Assembly: GCF_001194135.2 (NCBI RefSeq) | Contig: NC_068985.1 | Location: 123,942,895 to 124,006,894, forward strand | Direction of reading: 5' to 3' | Length of the DNA stretch: 64,000 nucleotides | Origin: Octopus bimaculoides | Lineage: Eukaryota | Shown: positions 63,521 through 64,000 of the stretch, in pieces | How positions within the stretch are numbered: position 1 is the first letter of the stretch | Layout: each line of letters starts with the position of its first letter | Made by a program: the position numbers and the translations under genes | Notes under the pieces: generated by a model | What the model saw: only the letters and a program-made list of their open reading frames with translations | Told to the model about the DNA's origin: nothing | Database searches by the model: none

Positions 63521-64000
63521 AAGGAGCTGTTGTGGTAGCAGACCACGAAACATGGTTGAAATTCCTATCATTTTTCATAAATTGATATTTATATATTGAA
63601 TTTGATGAAATCAATGACAATAATAGACACTCCCTAATTTTAGAATGTTTTCCTCAATGTTCTCGACCGATATTTAGTTTAGTATGCTGTTACAGTGTTG
63701 AACTCCTACGTGAGTCGTTTTTTTTCCTTTTTGTCTTGTTTTATTTTTTGTTATTTCCCATCACCTCCGGAGGCAAAGGGATTGCTGATAACATACATTC
63801 TACTGACATACCAGAGTCGATCTAATTGACTGATAGCTTTTTGTCGTTGCTTTTTTTTTTTGCTTCTTTGTTCTGTTTTATTATTTTTTTTTAAACAAAA
63901 ATGGACTCAGCTCTTTTTTATTTATCGATGTCGGGAAAATGAAAGACATCACTAGAATTAAATTAGAGCATCAGATGAAAATATAGTATTAGTGGTGGTG

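Overview
AT-rich, repeat-dominated animal DNA, almost certainly an intronic/intergenic stretch of an Octopus draft assembly. The taxon is inferred from octopus-type tRNA-derived SINEs and the extreme TA/CA/CT/TTA microsatellite load. About 20 N-gaps (~7 kb) are present, mostly flanked by (TA)n. No complete protein-coding gene can be built, and almost all supplied ORFs are microsatellite or N-run artefacts. Recognisable content: three SINE families (labelled A, B, C here); R4/Dong-type RLE LINE fragments chained through (TAA)n; an RTE LINE; a CR1/L2-group LINE; a Tx1/L1-like LINE with a 17-bp TSD plus an adjacent ORF1 remnant; two mariner relics, a maT/DD37D relic and a Tc1 relic; Penelope-like remnants with minimal hammerhead ribozyme motifs; a CCAAT/TATA/kB/E-box promoter-like cluster near 27.3-27.6 kb; and scattered candidate exons. 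Most notable observations: SINE-B copies carry alternative 3' tails, one near-identical to the 3' end of the Tx1-like LINE in this window; Dong/R4 elements and SINE-B use opposite strands of the same TAA/TTA microsatellite; and three different hammerhead-bearing repeats occur. All coordinates and identities were read by eye, without alignment tools or database searches.
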